A stretch of 64,000 nt of DNA from an uncultured Nitrososphaerota archaeon. Its GTDB lineage: Archaea > Thermoproteota > Nitrososphaeria > Nitrososphaerales > CADDZS01. The position numbers were made by a program, and so were the translations under genes. The DNA lies in contig CAWCYI010000004.1 in assembly GCA_963799845.1 (NCBI GenBank), positions 256,001 to 320,000 of the forward strand. The letters are read 5' to 3'. Positions 61,869 through 64,000 of the stretch are shown piece by piece (the first letter of the stretch is position 1; each line of letters starts with the position of its first letter). The notes beneath the pieces were generated by a model that saw only the letters and a list, made by a program, of their open reading frames with translations, was not told where the DNA came from and did not search any database.

Positions 61869-61888
61869 ATCCCGAATAGATACGGGAT
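61869..61888. promoter_or_regulatory. Motif B palindrome upstream of the second wHTH
   Basis: ATCCCG-AATAGATA-CGGGAT. Confidence 0.65.
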
Positions 61889-62045
61889 AGGAGTATTCGA
61901 CCAATCTACATGCAAAGATTTTTTCCGGGTCGAAGTTTAGAACGGAAACTTAAGAGCACTGATTACGACTACGATGAGATGATTCGGTTATACTTACGAT
62001 AGTACTACTGTCGGTTGTTTTGTCGATTTTGACCATCGTCGTGGG

Positions 62046-62678
62046 TTAGGACTTTTCAAAATATCCGGTTATTATCCTTCTTTCCGCCCTTCTCAGGATC
62101 TCGGATGCGGTGCTTGGGGAAATCCCGACTGCTTTGGACAATTCTTCCGTAGAAATACGCTTTGGATAATCATAGTACCCAAGTTCCAGTGCAGATTTCA
62201 TGACGCGCTCCTGCTTGGGAGTCAAAGCCCTAGTTGGGCTCATCTTCGCAATCTCTCCAATCTTGTAGATAACCCCATTCTCGTGCAAAGATTGAAGAAA
62301 ATTTGGAATGCCCTCACCACTCATGAAAAGCTTGTACGTCATCTGGCAATTACTCTCGGTCACGGCAGGGCCGACAAAGTATCCGCTCTGGGATTGCATG
62401 ATCAAAAAGCATACTAGGCAGTCCTTGCTGGTTACTGCGCCTACTAGTCTATTCGGTCCCACGCTCGCAAGATCGCATTCCGTAACATCAGGCAGGTTAC
62501 CCAAATCCTTTCTCAGATGTTCCGCGGTAACTTTCTCGGATGTAATCTCGACAAAGTGAGTGATGTTCCGTTCAGAGTCCTGCGACTTCATACTTAGTAC
62601 CCTTACGATTGCAGAATCATTGCGGCAGATGTTATCGATCCAGCTTTCTGGGTTGACGCTGAACTGTAGCTGGATCAC
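62046..62678 (-). CDS. HTH-10 (Bat-type) regulator with a Cys-containing N-terminal domain
   Basis: LTPKQ..V...ALELGYYDYPKRI...LRRAE; DCLVC motif. Confidence 0.9.
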   Translation of the reverse strand: MIQLQFSVNPESWIDNICRNDSAIVRVLSMKSQDSERNITHFVEITSEKVTAEHLRKDLGNLPDVTECDLASVGPNRLVGAVTSKDCLVCFLIMQSQSGYFVGPAVTESNCQMTYKLFMSGEGIPNFLQSLHENGVIYKIGEIAKMSPTRALTPKQERVMKSALELGYYDYPKRISTEELSKAVGISPSTASEILRRAERRIITGYFEKS

Positions 62679-62781
62679 AGATGAATGCCTTTGTCACGCG
62701 ATTAAAGAAAATATCGTCTATAACTTTGGAAGAGATAATCTCGGAAACGCTAATAGAGCTAACCGGTCTGGAACCTCCCCT

Positions 62782-63588
62782 GTGCAGATTGGAGAAGCGC
62801 TTCCACAAGTGTTCAGGAGAACGTATCCGATCATTGAACCAACCACACAGCTGTTATTGGCTCTTTCACTCCTGAGATTTCATGAAATTGATGCACTTCC
62901 AATTGGAATCAAAGCGAGTCAGAAAAAGAGGCTCGCCGTGTTCGGCTATTCCTGTCTTTCCTTGCTTCTTAAGACGCCGCCCAAGAACTATGGTAAATTC
63001 CTAGAACTCCCGGCCAAGAAGGCCGCACTCGAACTTGCTACTATCGGCATCAACAAAGACATCTATTCATTGGTTAAGATTTTCAAGAGAACAAGGTTTG
63101 GTTTCGCCTGGGTGGAATCGGAGAAACTGGCAGGATTCGCAAGTCTCAGAGATCTACTCGAGCTTTACGAAAGCGGTGTGTTAGAAACCAGGATGACGCT
63201 TGGTGAATTGGCGTCTCCGATTTTTTCTATGCCCAGGGGCGAAAAAGTCAGAAACGTGTTGAAAGAAATGTTCGACAGACGAATTCGTAGAGTATTCGTT
63301 GAGGGGAAAAAAACCGTCGTTACGGATAGGAGAATCATAGGGTTCCTTTTTAGCACTTCAAGACTAGACAGCACAACAAAGAATCCGGAATCACTACTCG
63401 ACTTCAATTTGGGTGATATCGAACCGCTAGAACCGTTTTTCGTTCGAGGCAGTTCTAGCGTAAAAAAGGGGGCGCAGTCAATTGCCTATCACAGCGAGGA
63501 ATGTCTGATATGTGAGAAAGGAGTCATCACTCCCTGGGATCTAATAATGAAGCCTCTTGCTCTGGGCGCCCTTAAAATCAGGGACTGA
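62782..63588 (+). CDS. Degenerate four-CBS-domain protein, paralogue of 50844..51682
   Basis: GTG 62782 start chosen by alignment to the paralogue; GYS, FGFA, IRRV, GVITPWDL. Confidence 0.8.
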   Translation: MQIGEALPQVFRRTYPIIEPTTQLLLALSLLRFHEIDALPIGIKASQKKRLAVFGYSCLSLLLKTPPKNYGKFLELPAKKAALELATIGINKDIYSLVKIFKRTRFGFAWVESEKLAGFASLRDLLELYESGVLETRMTLGELASPIFSMPRGEKVRNVLKEMFDRRIRRVFVEGKKTVVTDRRIIGFLFSTSRLDSTTKNPESLLDFNLGDIEPLEPFFVRGSSSVKKGAQSIAYHSEECLICEKGVITPWDLIMKPLALGALKIRD

Positions 63589-64000
63589 GTCCGTGGGCTC
63601 CTTTGAGCATCTCTTCTCGAATATGGACGTTATCGATGTGGTTAGAAAGATCTTCTCTATCCTTCAAGATAGAGCCGCAATATGGGCAACGAGCTCCTCT
63701 CGACGGCTCCAGCATCGTTAAGGATATGGAACCTTCTCGAGAATTCCCCACTACTTGACTGAGTGTAATTATCCCGAGCAATCTCGTTCCCTCTTTCACG
63801 ACGAGCCGCCTGTACTTGTTATGAACCATCAGCGAAATTGCCTCCCCTGCTTTCATCTGTGCGGGGACCGACAGTACGGGAGAGGACATTACATCTTTCA
63901 CTGCAGTCTTGCTGGCATCTTTTCCCTGAGCGACTACACGCGAAAGGACATCCCATTCAGTCACTATTCCTACTGGCTCGCCGTTCCTTGTGACTACAAT
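63578..64000 (-). CDS. CBS-pair protein with a C-terminal C2H2 zinc finger (5' end beyond window)
   Basis: VGIVTEWD, GIITLS; CPYCG...L..HIDNVH. Confidence 0.88.
   Translation of the reverse strand: MVVTRNGEPVGIVTEWDVLSRVVAQGKDASKTAVKDVMSSPVLSVPAQMKAGEAISLMVHNKYRRLVVKEGTRLLGIITLSQVVGNSREGSISLTMLEPSRGARCPYCGSILKDREDLSNHIDNVHIREEMLKGAHGLSP

Noticed and set aside
62560-62781. N-terminal extension of the 342-aa track ORF
   Set aside because: It overlaps the divergent HTH-10 gene; paralogue alignment supports a start at 62782

Overview
Archaeal chromosome segment, most likely a non-ammonia-oxidising Nitrososphaerota (Thaumarchaeota)/TACK lineage: unsplit RpoB, fused RpoA'+A'', rpoH-B-A-L30e-nusA-S12-S7-tuf(-S10) cluster without EF-2. 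1-33 kb is accessory and heterotrophic (metY-metX-metW, GH84, S9 peptidase with ABC transporter, Ada, arginase). 33-47 kb is core transcription/translation. 48-64 kb is an energy-stress/fermentation island (arginine deiminase pathway, pyruvate kinase, CBS proteins, USP, CBS-HPF hibernation factor, several regulators). Main signals: (1) an 18-bp palindrome ATTNYCA-N4-TGRNRAT sits 11 nt upstream of a TATA-like box in eight promoters of the island, which defines a candidate regulon; (2) one member is an RHH DNA-binding domain fused to a ferredoxin; (3) ten single-base frameshifts, including one in L30e, all fall on AGCT, pointing to an AGCT base modification that corrupts base-calling, and AGCT also forms helically phased intergenic repeats; (4) a coupled operon at 1-4.1 kb encodes a SelO-like pseudokinase. 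No tRNA, rRNA, CRISPR array or intact transposase was recognised. All family calls come from motif recognition by eye; no searches were run.
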